Assembly: GCA_002269645.1 (NCBI GenBank)
Contig: NIVC01002991.1
Location: 62,001 to 126,000, forward strand
From: Macrostomum lignano
Lineage: Eukaryota
DNA: 64,000 bases
Reading direction: 5' to 3'
In this document: piece after piece, positions 13,270-26,440 of the stretch
Layout: each line of letters starts with the position of its first letter
How positions within the stretch are numbered: position 1 is the first letter of the stretch
Notes under the pieces: generated by a model
Seen by the model: the letters and a program-made list of their open reading frames with translations, nothing else
What the model was told of the DNA's origin: nothing
Database searches by the model: none
Made by a program: the position numbers and the translations under genes

Positions 13270-14205
13270 AAAATCAGGCGCCACCCTGAACAATCAGGCG
13301 CGACCCTGAACAATCAGGCACACAATGAACACTTAGGCGCCACCCTGAACAATCAGGAGCCACCCTGAACAATCAGGCGCCACCCTAAACAATCAGGCGC
13401 CACCCTGAACAATCAGGCGCCACCCTGAACAATCAGGCGCCACCCTGAACAATCAGGCGCCACCCTGAACAATCAGGCGCCACCCTGAACAATCAGGCGC
13501 GACCCTGAACAATCAGGCGCCACCTTGAACAATCAGGCGTGACCCTGAACAATCAGGCGCGACCCTGAACAATCAGGCGCCACCCTGAACAATCAGGCGC
13601 CACCCTGAACAATCAGGCGCGCCACCCTGAACAATCAGGCGCCACCCTGAACAATCAGGCGCCACCCTGAACAATCAGGCGCGACCCTGAACAATCAGGC
13701 GCGCCACCCTGAACAATCAGGCGCCACCCTGAACAATCAGGCGCGACCCTGAACAATCAGGCGCCACTCTGAACAATCAGGCGTGACCCTGAACAATCAG
13801 GCGCCACTCTGAACAATCAGGCGCGCCACACTGAACAATCAGGCGCCACTCTGAACAATCAGGCGCCACTCTGAACAATCAGGCGCCACCCTGAACAATC
13901 AGGCGCCACCCTGAACAATCAGGCGCGCCACCCTGAACAATCAGGCGTCACCCTGAACAATCAGGCGCCACCCTGAACAATCAGGCGCGACCCTGAACAA
14001 TCAGGCGCCACTCTGAACAATCAGGCGTGACCCTGAACAATCAGGCGCCACCCTGAACAATCAGGTGCCACTCTGAACAATCAGGCGCCACTCTGAACAA
14101 TCAGGCGCGACCCTGAATAATCAGGCGCCACCCTGAACAATCAGGCGCCACCCTGAACAATCAGGCGCCACCCTGAACAATCAGGCGCCACCCTGAACAA
14201 TAGAC
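13270..14205. repeat. 20-bp minisatellite, about 46 copies
   Basis: Unit CACCCTGAACAATCAGGCGC. Confidence 0.95.
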
Positions 14206-15124
14206 GCTGTTCTTGTACCCTGAAAGAAGGGCGCAATCATATCAAAAAGCCTAAAAATCGCCCTTTTATGCTATTATTTTGCCAGTCACTTTTAAAGCAA
14301 CTTTGCTTGGTCTTGCTTGGTCTTGTGTTCCATACCTTCATGAAGAAATCAATGTACGCAACACCTTAGCCAACAATGGACAAAGTGTGCCAGCAGGGGG
14401 AGGGCACTGCGGACTTTCCACAACGCCTCCAGGCTCTGTGAGCGGCCTGGTGTTAAGGGGATTTATTTACAGACTACTCCGCCCACCACCCCTCTCCTAA
14501 AAAAACCAGCACGAACCCCGCTTGCAATATTGGATTAGACTAAATAGCCATTCAACAATCAGTTCGTGTAGGTGACAAGTCTTCCCAGCACACCTGCATA
14601 ATATGAAGCTTTTTTTCAACCGAACTTCTTTAGCAAACACGAATTTCTATTGCAGGCATTGGCAAGTATTGAATATAAGTCAAATTGCCTGTGGGATCAA
14701 TATTTACCCTGCAGACACTTCCCTTCCCAACTCGATAAGGCCACCGCAGCGGGAGGGTGAAGGGAGCGAGTAGCTCGAATGTTGAGTAATTATAAACTGA
14801 GGGAACAAACCAAACTTTTGGTAAAAAGTTCTGCATTTTCAAGTGAAATATTTCAATGTGAAAATTAACTGTATTTCTAATAGCATGATTAGTCGGATAG
14901 ATTTGCAGCCTTGGTAACCCGAATTGGTTTGACACTCTCTTATCGAGATATTAATCTCCTTGTGGGTTTGCAGTTTGTTGTCTTAATCTTGAAATCGAAG
15001 GGGTCTGTCGTCACTGTTGGGAACAGAAAAATGAAGATTTAATCCGGCATTGTGAAAATTGGTTCCAGTGTAATGAAACAGCGATTAGTTTCCATCCTTG
15101 AACTGCCGATCTGCTGTGCTGTGT

Positions 15125-15700
15125 CTCATCTCCCTCCTCCCATCTGATCTCTCTCCTCCCATCTGATCTCCCTCCTTCCATCTCATCTCCCTCCTCCCAT
15201 CTAATCTCCCTCCTCCCATCTAATCTCTCTCCTCCCATTTAATCTCCCTCCTTCCATCTCATCTCCCTCCTCCCATCTAATCTCCCTCCTTCCATCTGAT
15301 CTCCCTCCTTCCATCTGATCTCCCTCCTTCCATCTGATCTCCCTCCTCCCATCTCATCTCCCTCCTTTCATCTGATCTACCTCCTTCCGTTTGATCTCCC
15401 TCCTTTCATATAATCTCTCTTCTTCCATTTAATTCCTCTCCTTTCATCTGATCTTCCTCGTTCCATCTGATCTCTCTCCTTTCATTTGATTTCTCTCTCC
15501 ATCTAATCTCTCTCTCCTTCCATCTAATCTCTCTCTCCTTCCATCTAATCTCTCTCTCCTTCCATCTAATCTCTCTCTCCTTCCATCTAATCTCTCTCTC
15601 CTTCCATCTAATCTCTCTCTCCTTCCATCTAACCTCTCTCTCTCCTGCCATCTAATCTCTCTCTTCTGATCTCTCTGATCTCTCTCCTTCTATCTAATCT
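15125..15700. repeat. 19-21-bp pyrimidine-rich minisatellite
   Basis: CTCCCTCCT(C/T)CCATCT(A/G)AT units shifting to CTCTCTCTCCTTCCATCTAAT. Confidence 0.9.
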
Positions 15701-16394
15701 CTCACCTTGATTTCCGAGGATTATCAAGATCAGCTCCTATAGCTTCCATTCCCCCCCCCCCTGTAGTTGGCCTGCGACTTTTGGTGTGCAGAAACGATCG
15801 ATAAAACTTTGATGAGGCAGCACACACACACACTCAAGCAACACACTCTGCCATGCAACCCAAAGGCTTCAATAAGTTTTGTGAACTCGATAGCGCGTGT
15901 CAAGAGCCGGTGCGGATGTAATTAGTGACTGCCCAGGCTGCTCCGCTGTCCACTTGATTGTCTCTCCGAGTACGAGTGCCCCACCGCCGGCCGAAATGCG
16001 ATCCCGGTTCCGCTCAGAGACAGGAACAGATGGCCACGACTGTCTTGGCAAACAGGAACAACAAGATGATGCTTTGAGTGAAGCTGACGGAGTTTGGGGC
16101 CTTAACAGTATTATACACTACTGTAGGTGAAATTACCCGAGACAATGCTAACCTTTGCCATTCATAGCCTGCCTGTTCCGTCACTGGTTGAGGCTTAACT
16201 TTTTAGGTTGAATCGACGGATGTCTTGAAATAATGCTTTTAATAACTTATAGAGTTACATAAATATTATTAGATTAGTCATGCATTTGTGTGTCTCAAGA
16301 GCTTGGATCTCTTATCTTATCTTTTTATGTTTTATTCCACTCCATTTTTGCCTTTTTCAATATTTTCTCGCTCAAATCTCTGTTTTCTCGCCTT

Positions 16395-18800
16395 TACTCA
16401 CTCCACCCCCCTCTCTACTCTCCCCTCTCCCTACTCTCCCCCTCTCTCTACTCTCCACTTCTCTACTCTCCACCTCTCTCTACTCTCCACCTCTCTCTAC
16501 TCTCCACCTCTCTATTCTCCCCTCTCTCTACTCTCCACCTCTCTCTACTCTCCACCTCTTTCTACTCTCCACCTCTCTCTACTCTCCACCTCTCTCTACT
16601 CTCCACCTCTCTCTACTCTCCACTTCTCTACTCTCCACCTCTTTCTACTCTCCACCTCTCTCTACTCTCCACCTCTCTATTCTCCCCTCTCTCTACTCTC
16701 CACCTCTCTCTACTCTCCACCTCTTTCTACTCTCCACCTCTCTCTACTCTCCACCTCTCTCTACTCTCCACCTCTCTCTGCTCTCCACCTCTTTCTACTC
16801 TCCACCTCTCTCTACTCTCCACCTCTCTCTACTCTCCACCTCTCTCTACTCTCCACCTCTCTACTCTCCCCCTCTCTCTACTCTCCACCTCTCTACTCTC
16901 CCCCTCTCTCTACTCTCCACCTCTCTCTACTCTCCACCTCTTTCTAGTCTCCACCTCTCTCTACTCTCCACCTCTCTGCTCTCCACCTCTCTGCTCTCCA
17001 CCTCTCTGCTCTCCACCTCTCTGCTCTCCACCTCTCTGCTCTCCACCTCTCTGCTCTCCACCTCTCTGCTCTCCACCTCTCTGCTCTCCACCTCTCTGCT
17101 CTCCACCTCTCTCTACTCTCCACCTCTCTCTACTCTCCACCTCTCTCTACTCTCCCCCTCTCTCTACTCTCCACTTCTCTACTCTCCACCTCTCTACTCT
17201 CCCCCTCTCTCTACTCTCCACTTCTCTACTCTCCCCCTCTCTCTACTCTCCACCTCTCTACTCTCCCCCTCTCTCTACTCTTCACCTCTCTCTACTCTTC
17301 ACCTCTCTCTACTCTCCACCTCTCTCTACTCTTCACCTCTCTCTACTCTCCCCCTCTCTCTACTCTCCACTTCTCTACTCTCCACCTCTCTACTCTCCCC
17401 CTCTCTCTACTCTCCACTTCTCTACTCTCCCCCTCTCTCTACTCTCCACCTCTCTACTCTCCCCCTCTCTCTACTCCTCACCTCTCTCTACTCTCCACCT
17501 CTCTCTACTCTCCACCTCTCTACTCTCCCCCTCTCTCCACTCTCCACTTCTCTACTCTCCCCCTCTCTCTACTCTCCACCTCTCTACTCTCCCCCTCTCT
17601 CTACTCTTCACCTCTCTCTACTCTCCACCTCTCTCTACTCTCCACCTCTTTCTAGTCTCCACCTCTCTCTACTCTCCACCTCTCTGCTCTCCACCTCTCT
17701 GCTCTCCACCTCTCTGCTCTCCACCTCTCTGCTCTCCACCTCTCTGCTCTCCACCTCTCTGCTCTCCACCTCTCTCTACTCTTCACCTCTCTCTACTCTC
17801 CCCCTCTCTCTGCTCTCCACCTCTCTCTACTCTTCACCTCTCTACTCTCCACCTCTCTCTACTCTTCACCTCTCTCTACTCTCCCCCTCTCTCTACTCTC
17901 CACTTCTCTACTCTTCACCTCTCTACTCTCCCCCTCTCTCTACTCTCCACTTCTCTACTCTCCCCCTCTCTCTACTCTCCACCTCTCTACTCTCCCCCTC
18001 TCTCTACTCTTCACCTCTCTCTACTCTTCACCTCTCTCTACTCTCCCCCTCTCTCTACTCTTCACCTCTCTCTACTGTCCACCTCTTTCTACTCTCCACC
18101 TCTCTCTACTCTCCACCTCTCTCTACTCTCCACCTCTCTACTCTCCCCCTCTCTCTACTCTCCCCCTCTCTCTACTCTTCACCTCTCTCTACTCTCCCCC
18201 TCTCTCTACTCTCCACCTCTCTACTCTCCCCTCTCTCTACTCTCCACCTCTCTACTCTCCCCTCTCTCTACTCTCCACCTCTCTACTCTCCCCCTCTCTA
18301 TACTCTCCACCTCTCTTTACTCTCCACCTCTCTTACTCTCCCCCTCTCTCTACTCTTCACCTCTCTCTACTCTCCCCCTCTCTCTACTCTCCACCTCTCT
18401 ACTCTCCACCTCTCTCTACTCTCCACCTCTCTCTACTCTCCACCTCTCTACTCTCCCTCTCTCTCTACTCTTCACCTCTCTCTACTCTCCCCCTCTCTCT
18501 ACTCTCCACCTCTTTACTCTCCCCCTCTCTCTACTCTCCACCTCTTTCTAGTCTCCACCTCTCTCTATTCTCCACCTTTCTGCTCTCCACCTCTCTGCTC
18601 TCCACCTCTCTACTCTCCACCTCTCTCTACTCTCCACCTCTCTCTACTCTCCACCTCTCTGCTCTCCACCTCTCTACTCTCCACCTCTCTCTACTCTCCA
18701 CCTCTCTCTACTCTCCACCTCTCTCTACTCTCCACCTCTCTCTACTCTCCACCTCTCTCTACTCTCCACTTCTCTATTCTCCACCTCTTTACTCTTCACC
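16395..18800. repeat. 2.4-kb polypyrimidine 17/19-bp satellite
   Basis: Unit CTCTACTCTCCACCTCT(CT); explains the 858-aa and 753-aa ORFs. Confidence 0.95.
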
Positions 18801-19629
18801 TCTCGCACAGAGCGCACACATTAGTACATATAGCTCACTTTTTGAGCAGTTTCTGAGTAGATTTCGCTACTTTCTACACATTTACGTTTCAGTGCCCATT
18901 TGCCCCAGAGAATTTGGACAATATGTTCCAGCTCCAGTTATGAGAGATCTATTTAACAGTCTGCTGAATGCTAAATTTCTTTTTAATATTTTCATTTTTT
19001 TAAAAAGGCCCTAAAGGCCCCTCTCTCTTGTGTTCTCTGATTGTTGTGGAGGCCCTGCGCCTTGCCTGTCTGTGTGCACAGCCGAAATCCCTGGCCTCGG
19101 GGCGAATAGGCAGACAGACAGACAGAGAGACAGACAGACAAGCAGACAGAGTGTCCACTAGCTGGGTGTTTGCCGGAGCCACTTAGCACCTCGGGCGGCG
19201 GATGCTGAGGATGAGGAACCGCTAGCGAGTTTCTCTTTTCAGTCCCCAGAAAACCGGGCGCCCAGCTTGAGTTTGCTCAGCTCCGGCGTGGGAGAATTTC
19301 CCCCAGATTGCTGTTCGGCTTTTAGCTCGAGTATTACTATGATGAAGGAGAGAGAAGATTCTGGGAGTTGGTAGGGAGGAGAGAAAGTGGCCAGAGGCTA
19401 CTCAAAGAAAATGTGCAACCTGCTACTTACTCACGGACAAACAGGGTGGTTGCGGTGGCTGCCAGCACTGAGCTGGGGGCTCCAATGGTTTGCTGTTTGC
19501 TCTGGCATCTGGCGCCGCAATAAGGGCGAGTATTGAGGGTTGCTAAGGCTGTCTGCGATGGCGAGCTGTGGGTCTGAGTGCGCGGCTAGAGACGGCGAGA
19601 CGGGGATGAAGGAGGGAGATTTAGAGGTA

Positions 19630-21560
19630 AAATTGACTGAGATAGAGAAGTGAGATGGAGTGAGATACAGAGGTGGGATGGAGTGAGATACAGAGGTGAC
19701 ATGGAGTGAGATAGAGAGGTGGGATGGAGTGAGATAGAGAGGTGAGACTGAGTGAGATACAGAGGTGAGATGGAGTTAGATACAGAGGTGAGATGGAGTG
19801 AGATACAGAGGTGAGATGGAGTGAGATACAGAGGTGAGATGGAGTGAGATAGAGAGGTGGGATGGAGTGAGATAGAGAGGTGAATTGGAGTGAGATACAG
19901 AGGTGGGATGGAGTGAGATAGAGAGGTGGATTGGAGTGAGATAGAGAGGTGAGATGAAGTGAGATAGAGAGGTGAGATGGAGTGAGATACAGAGGTGAGA
20001 TGCACAGAGGGGGAGTTGAGAATGGAGTGAGATAGAGAGGTGAGCTGAAGTGAGATAGAGAGGTGAGATGGAGTGAGATAGAGAGGTGAGCTGCACAGGG
20101 GGGAGTTGAGAATGGAGTGAGATAGAGAGGTGAGCTGAAGTGAGATAGAGAGGTGAGATCGAGTGAGATCGAGAGGTGAGCTGCACAGAGGGGGAGTTGA
20201 GAATGGAGTGAGATAGAGAGGTGAGCTGAAGTGAGATAGAGAGGTGAGATGGAGTGAGATAGAGAGGTGAGCTGCACAGAGGGGGAGTTAAGAATGGAGT
20301 GAGATAGAGAGGTGAGCTGAAGTGAGATAGAGAGGTGAGATGGAGTGAGATACAGAGGTGAGATGCACAGAGGGGGAGTTGAGAATGGTGTGAGATAGAG
20401 AGGTGAGCTGCACAGAGGGGGAGTTGAGAATAGAGTGAGATAGAGAGGTGAGATGCACAGAGGGGGAGTTGAGAATGGAGTGAGATAGAGAGGTGAGCTG
20501 CACAGAGGGGGAGTTGAGAATGGTGTGAGATAGAGAGGTGAGATGCACAGAGGGGGAGTTAAGAATGGTGTGAGATAGAGAAGTGAGCTGCACAGAGGGG
20601 GAGTTGAGAATGGAGTGAGATAGAGAGGTGAGATGCACAGAGGGGGAGTTGAGAATGGTGTGAGATAGAGAGGTGAGATGGAGTGAGATACAGAGGTGAG
20701 ATGCACAGAGGGGGAGTTGAGAATGGAGTGAGATAGAGAGGTGAGCTGAAGTGAGATAGAGAGGTGAGATCGAGTGAGATCGAGAGGTGAGCTGCACAGA
20801 GGGGGAGTTGAGAATAGAGTGAGATAGAGAGGTGAGATGCACAGAGGGGGAGTTGAGAATGGTGTGAGATAGAGAGGTGAGATGGAGTGAGATCGAGAGG
20901 TGAGCTGCACAGAGGGGGAGTTGAGAATGGAGTGAGATAGAGAGGTGAGCTGAAGTGAGATAGAGAGGTGAGATCGAGTGAGATCGAGAGGTGAGCTGCA
21001 CAGAGGGGGAGTTGAGAATAGAGTGAGATAGAGAGGTGAGATGCACAGAGGGGGAGTTGAGATGGTGTGAGATAGAGAGGTGAGCTGCACAGAGGGGGAG
21101 TTGAGAATGGTGTGAGATAGAGAGGTGAGATACACAGAGGGGGAGTTGAGAATAGAATGAGATAGAGAGGTGAGATGCACAGAGGGGGAGTTGAGAATGG
21201 TGTGAGATAGAGAGGTGAGATACACAGAGGAGGAGTTGAGAATAGAATGAGATAGAGAGGTGAGATGCACAGAGGGGGAGTTGAGAATGGAGTGAGATAG
21301 AGAGGTGAGATGCACAGAGGGGGAGTTGAGAATGGAGTGAGATAGAGAGGTGAGATGCACAGAGGAGGAGTTGAGATGGAGTGAGATAGAGAGGTGAGAT
21401 GCACAGAGGGGGAGTTGAGAATGGAGTGAGATAGAGAGGTGAGATGCACAGAGGGGGAGTTGAGAATGGAGTGAGATAGAGAAATGAGATACACAGAGGG
21501 GGAGTTGAGAATAGAGTGAGATAGAGAGGTGAGATGCACAGAGGGGGAGTTGAGAATGGT
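19630..21560. repeat. Purine-rich 23-bp / 45-bp composite satellite
   Basis: GAGTGAGATAGAGAGGTGAGATG units, and a longer unit adding CACAGAGGGGGAGTTGAGAATG from about 20000 onward. Confidence 0.93.
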
Positions 21561-22159
21561 GTGCATACAGAGACTGAGATTGTGAAAGCGAAGGCCATAG
21601 GTGCAATATTCAATATCTCGATGCCGCTATGCCAAGGCTGTTGTGGCCCAGCGCAACTCAAGTTCAAACAGTAATTAGGCCGTTGGCTTATCAGTATATT
21701 TAGATTTTCAAATCTCAAACACTGCAGAGAATCAGACAGACCTGTCATCAGTTCCCAGCAGTCCGCCGCATGTCCCATCAGGGGATTGTGGGAATTTTTA
21801 ATCCTCTTTCCGCCCGTCCCCATCCCCATTACAATCTTGGCCGTCATTATGTCCCAAACGGCATAAGGCTAATTGTCCCTTCTGTGCGTTGGCCGGAGTT
21901 TCATATCGCAATCAAGCATTTGGTCAGGCCGGCAGTCGTTATAAATCTCTGTGGGACAAGTGGAGGAGCATCTCGTCACGCCGCGGCTGAAGGTGGGTGG
22001 ACAGCATGGGGAGAGCTCTCCCAAGGTTTAGGGAGCTCATGATTTGCAGATATGCATCAGATCTATTTCGCAAGGTATCCGCTGACAGACCTATAGAGCG
22101 TTCCCCTTTGCATGCATTGTCGATGATAAATTTAAGGTAGATTTCACTACTCGAGTCTC

Positions 22160-23740
22160 TCCATGATCAATCTCCCCCTTCTCCCGAGTCTCTCCAGATC
22201 AATCTCCCCCTTCTCCTGAGTCTCTCCAGATCAATCTCCCCCTTCTCCTGAGTCTCTCCATGATCAATCTCCCCCTTCTCCTGAGTCTCTCCAGATCAAT
22301 CTCACCCTTCTCCTGAGTCTCTCCATGATCAATCTCCCCCTTCTCCCGAGTCTCTCCAGATCAATCTCCCCCTTCTCCTGAGTCTCTCCAGATCAATCTC
22401 CCCCTTCTCCTGAGTCTCTCCATGATCAATCTCCCCCTTCTCCTGAGTCTCTCCAGATCAATCTCCCCCTTCTCCTGAGTCTCTCCATGATCAATCTCCC
22501 CCTTCTCCCGAGTCTCTCCAGATCAATCTCCCCCTTCTCCTGAGTCTCTCCAGATCAATCTCCCCCTTCTCCTGAGTCTCTCCATGATCAATCTCCCCCT
22601 TCTCCTGAGTCTCTCCAGATCAATCTCACCCTTCTCCTGAGTCTCTCCATGATCAATCTCCCCCTTCTCCTGAGTCTCTCCATGATCAATCTCCCCCTTC
22701 TCCTGAGTCTCTCTAGATCAATCTCACCCTTCTCCCGAGTATCTCCATGATCAATCTCCCCCTTCTCCTGAGTCTCTCCAGATCAATCTCACCCTTCTCC
22801 TGAGTCTCTCCAGATCAATCTCCCCCTTCTCCCGAGTCTCTCCAGATCAATCTCCCCCTTCTCCTGAGTCTCTCCAGATCAATCTCACCTTCTCCTGAGT
22901 CTCTCTAGATCAATCTCACCCTTCTCCCGAGTATCTCCATGATCAATCTCGCCCTTCTCCCGAGTATCTCCATGATCAATCTCCCCCTTCTCCTGAGTCT
23001 CTCCAGATCAATCTCACCCTTCTCCTGAGTCTCTCCAGATCAATCTCCCCCTTCTCCTGAGTCTCTCCAGATCAATCTCCCCCTTCTCCTGAGTCTCTCC
23101 AGATCAATCTCACCTTTCTCCCGAGTATCTCCATGATCAATCTCGCCCTTCTCCTGAGTCTCTCCGTGATCAATCTCACCCTCAGACCTCCCCTAAATCT
23201 CTCCAGATCAATCTCACCCTCAGACCTCTCCTAAATCTCTCCAGATCAATCTCACCCTCAGCCCTCCTCCTGAGGTCCTCCAATCTCACCCTTAGGCCCT
23301 CAGCCCTAAATCTCTCCAGATCATTCTCACCCTCAGACCTCCCCTAAATCTCTCCAGATCAATCTCACCCTCAGACCTCTCCTAAATCTCTCCAGATCAA
23401 TCTCACCCTCAGCCCTCCTCCTGAGGTCCTCCAATCTCACCCTTAGGCCCTCAGCCCTAAATCTCTCCAGATCATTCTCACCCTCAGACCTCCCCTAAAT
23501 CTCTCCAGATCATTCTCACCCTCAGACCTCCCCCTAAATCTCTCCAGATCAATCTCACCCTCAGACCTCCCCTAAATCTCTCCAGATCAATCTCACCCTC
23601 AGACCTCCCCTAAATCTCTCCAGATCAATCTCACCCTCAGACCTCCCCTAAATCTCTCCAGATCAATCTCACCCTCAGACCTCCCCTAAATCTCTCCAGA
23701 TCAATCTCACCCTCAGACCTCCCCTAAATCTCTCCAGATC
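22160..23740. repeat. Two-phase satellite: 32/33-bp then 38-bp unit
   Basis: TCTCCCCCTTCTCCTGAGTCTCTCCAGATCAA to about 23180, then TCTCACCCTCAGACCTCCCCTAAATCTCTCCAGATCAA. Confidence 0.93.
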
Positions 23741-24464
23741 GTAAACACTGAGTCGGTGGATCACGTGATCATTATTGTTGACTCAATATTGCAATTCACC
23801 TGAATCACCCCCCATGGTTATGGGATCATTTTTTGCAAAACTCAAACAAAAGAAACTCGGCATGATTCCCAAATGTCGCCGCAGTCTTGGATACCGCGTG
23901 GGTCGCACAGCAGGACCGGATGATGATAAAGTGCAAATTGCAGGCCAAGCTCTTGGAGGCTACCAACTATCTAATAGAGTCTGAGATATGGTGCTCTCTG
24001 GGCCGTGAAAATGGGAAATATTCTTGTTGGCATGCGAAGCGCACAAAATGGGGAGTTGAAAGACCCGGATACTCCCCAGTGTCCTGTGACTTCTTCCTCA
24101 GATCTACAGGAGATAATTGCTCACAGATGTTGACCCCTTCAATCTGCAATTTAATACTCAAAGTTGATGAGGCGAGGGGTCATTATAAAGCAGAAGAAAG
24201 TGAGACTCCTTGATCCTGAGCACCCAAACAAGTATTGAATATTGCCGGTCAGTATCCGAGTCTTTTTGAGTCCAATATAATCGACCTGTCCATCAAAGGT
24301 CGCAGCGGGATTTCGCAACCTAAACAGGACCGAGGAGCCAGGCGAGCTGGGAGTCTTTATTCGGTGCACCGGGGGTTTGTGCAGCCTGCAGCTTGCCGGC
24401 AACAGGCGAGGGGCTCGCTGAGACTCATCGACCGAAAGGGAGGCCTGGAGGAAGAGATGAGAAA

Positions 24465-24980
24465 GAGGGGTAGAGAGCGATAAGAGAGAGGGGGTAGAGA
24501 GCGATAAGAGAGAAGGGTAGAGAGCGATAAGAGAGAGGGGTAGAGAGCGATAAGAGAGAGGGGTAGAGAGCGATAAGAGAGAGGGGTAGAGAGCGATAAG
24601 AGAGAGGGGGTAGAGAGCGATAAGAGAGAGGGGTAGAGAGCGATAAGAGAGAGGGGTAGAGAGCGATAAGAGAGAGGGGGTAGAGAGCGATAAGAGAGAG
24701 GGGTAGAGAGCGATAAGAGAGAGGGGTAGAGAGCGATAAGAGAGAGGGGGTAGAGAGCGATAAGAGAGAGGGGTAGAGAGCGATAAGAGAGAGGGGTAGA
24801 GAGCGATAAGAGAGAGGGGTAGAGAGCGATAAGAGAGAGGGGTAGAGAGCGATAAGAGAGAGGGGTAGAGAGCAATAAGAGAGAGAGGGGTATGAGAGCG
24901 ATAAGCGAGAGGGATAGAGAGCGATAAGAGAGAGGGGTAGAGAGCGATAAGAGAGAGGGGTAGAGAGCGATAAGAGTCAA
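24465..24980. repeat. 23-bp purine-rich minisatellite
   Basis: Unit GAGAGAGGGGTAGAGAGCGATAA. Confidence 0.93.
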
Positions 24981-25359
24981 GAGAGAGGGGTACAGACAGG
25001 GTACAGACAGGGTACAGCGCGTCTCATACTAAAGAACTATAGCCCGCAATATCATGCAGAAACAGGATAATGTCAAAGGAGACTTAAAAACCAGAGCAGC
25101 AAAAGGGAATTAATTTGCAGAGTAGATTTCTTGCTCAGTTTATATAATACTATTCAAAGTTGGACAATCAAATTCTAGGACATGGCATGAAAATCTTCCG
25201 TGAGCTCCTATGTATGAACACAACGGTGTATAATATTATAGTTGTCACACCTGCTCTGCATGCAAGTATCAGCATTCATATTGGGCCAAACAAACAGTAG
25301 GCGACAATAGACTTCGCTTTCTGCACCAATTATACTAATTATAGAATTGAATATTAGCA

Positions 25360-26440
25360 ATCAGCGCCCCCCGTTGGGGAGCCAAAAAATACAGCACAAG
25401 TTTTTTTAATAAACTACATATAAGCGTCTCTTTGCATTATACCTCAGCAACCCCTTGTAAGCCTTGACATGCCAGCAATTCCTCCCCCCCCCCCACAAGC
25501 CTTAGCATATCAACTCCCCCTTGACATCTTAGCAATTCCCCCCATAAGCCTTGAAATCTTAAAAAATCTGTTAACCTTCTAAACCTAACCCTAACCCTAA
25601 CCCTAAAGCATTGACATTTCAGTAATTCTCTCCGAGAGTCATTATAGCACTACAGCATTATAGCGATTCCCTGCAAGCCTCGACATCGTAGGGATTCCCA
25701 AATGAATCTCTTAACTTCGACATGAAGCTTCTTTTATTTTTTACATTACACTTTATCTATCAGCGATCCTTCCCGTGAAGAGCCAATAAATAATGAAAAC
25801 ATTTTTCAATAAACTACATCATCTACATGTAGCTTGTGAATTTAGCCTTGACATCTCGGTTATTCCCCCGTGAGCCTTGACATCTCAGCTATTCCCCCCG
25901 TAAGCCTTGTCATGTTAGCGATGCCCCCCATAAACCTTGATATCTTAAAAATCCCCTGTTAATCTTGAAACCCGCTAAAATCTAACCATCAACCCAAACC
26001 TGACCTAAACCTAACTTTAACCCAACCTAAAGCCTTAAATCTCAGCAATTCTTCTCCCCTAAGCCTTGACATTTTAGTGATTCCTTATTTAAGAATCACA
26101 GCACCATAGCGATTCCCTCCAAGCCTTGGCATCGAAGCAATTCCCAAATGAATCTTTTAACTTTGACATAATGACTCTTCTTTTATGTATACATAGTGCT
26201 TCTTTTCTTTTTTACATGACTCTTCTTCTATCAGCGCCCCCTCCCCCGTAGCGAGCCAACAAAGAATGTAATAAAAAATTAAGTAAACTACATGTACTTT
26301 GAAGTAGCTTCTGACGTTTGCTACTTTGCTTCTCTGGCATCTCAGAAACCGCCTCCCCAAAATCTCAGTTATTCTCCGTGAGCCTTGACATCTTAGTAAT
26401 TCTCCCCAGCACAGCACAATAGCTTCTTTTAATTTTTACA
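25360..26440. repeat. Diverged tandem duplication (period about 400-470 bp) with 28-bp subrepeats
   Basis: TCAGCG(C/A).. ..GAGCCAA.. ..AAACTACAT blocks recur at about 25360, 25760 and 26230; ATAGCGATTCCCT..AAGCCT..CATCG..ATTCCCAAATGAATCT at about 25660 and 26107. Confidence 0.7.

Noticed and set aside
16280-21847. Very long ORFs (858, 753, 661, 519 aa) rich in S/L/P/T
   Set aside because: They are stop-free readings of pyrimidine-rich satellites, open in several frames at once, with no domain or splice context.
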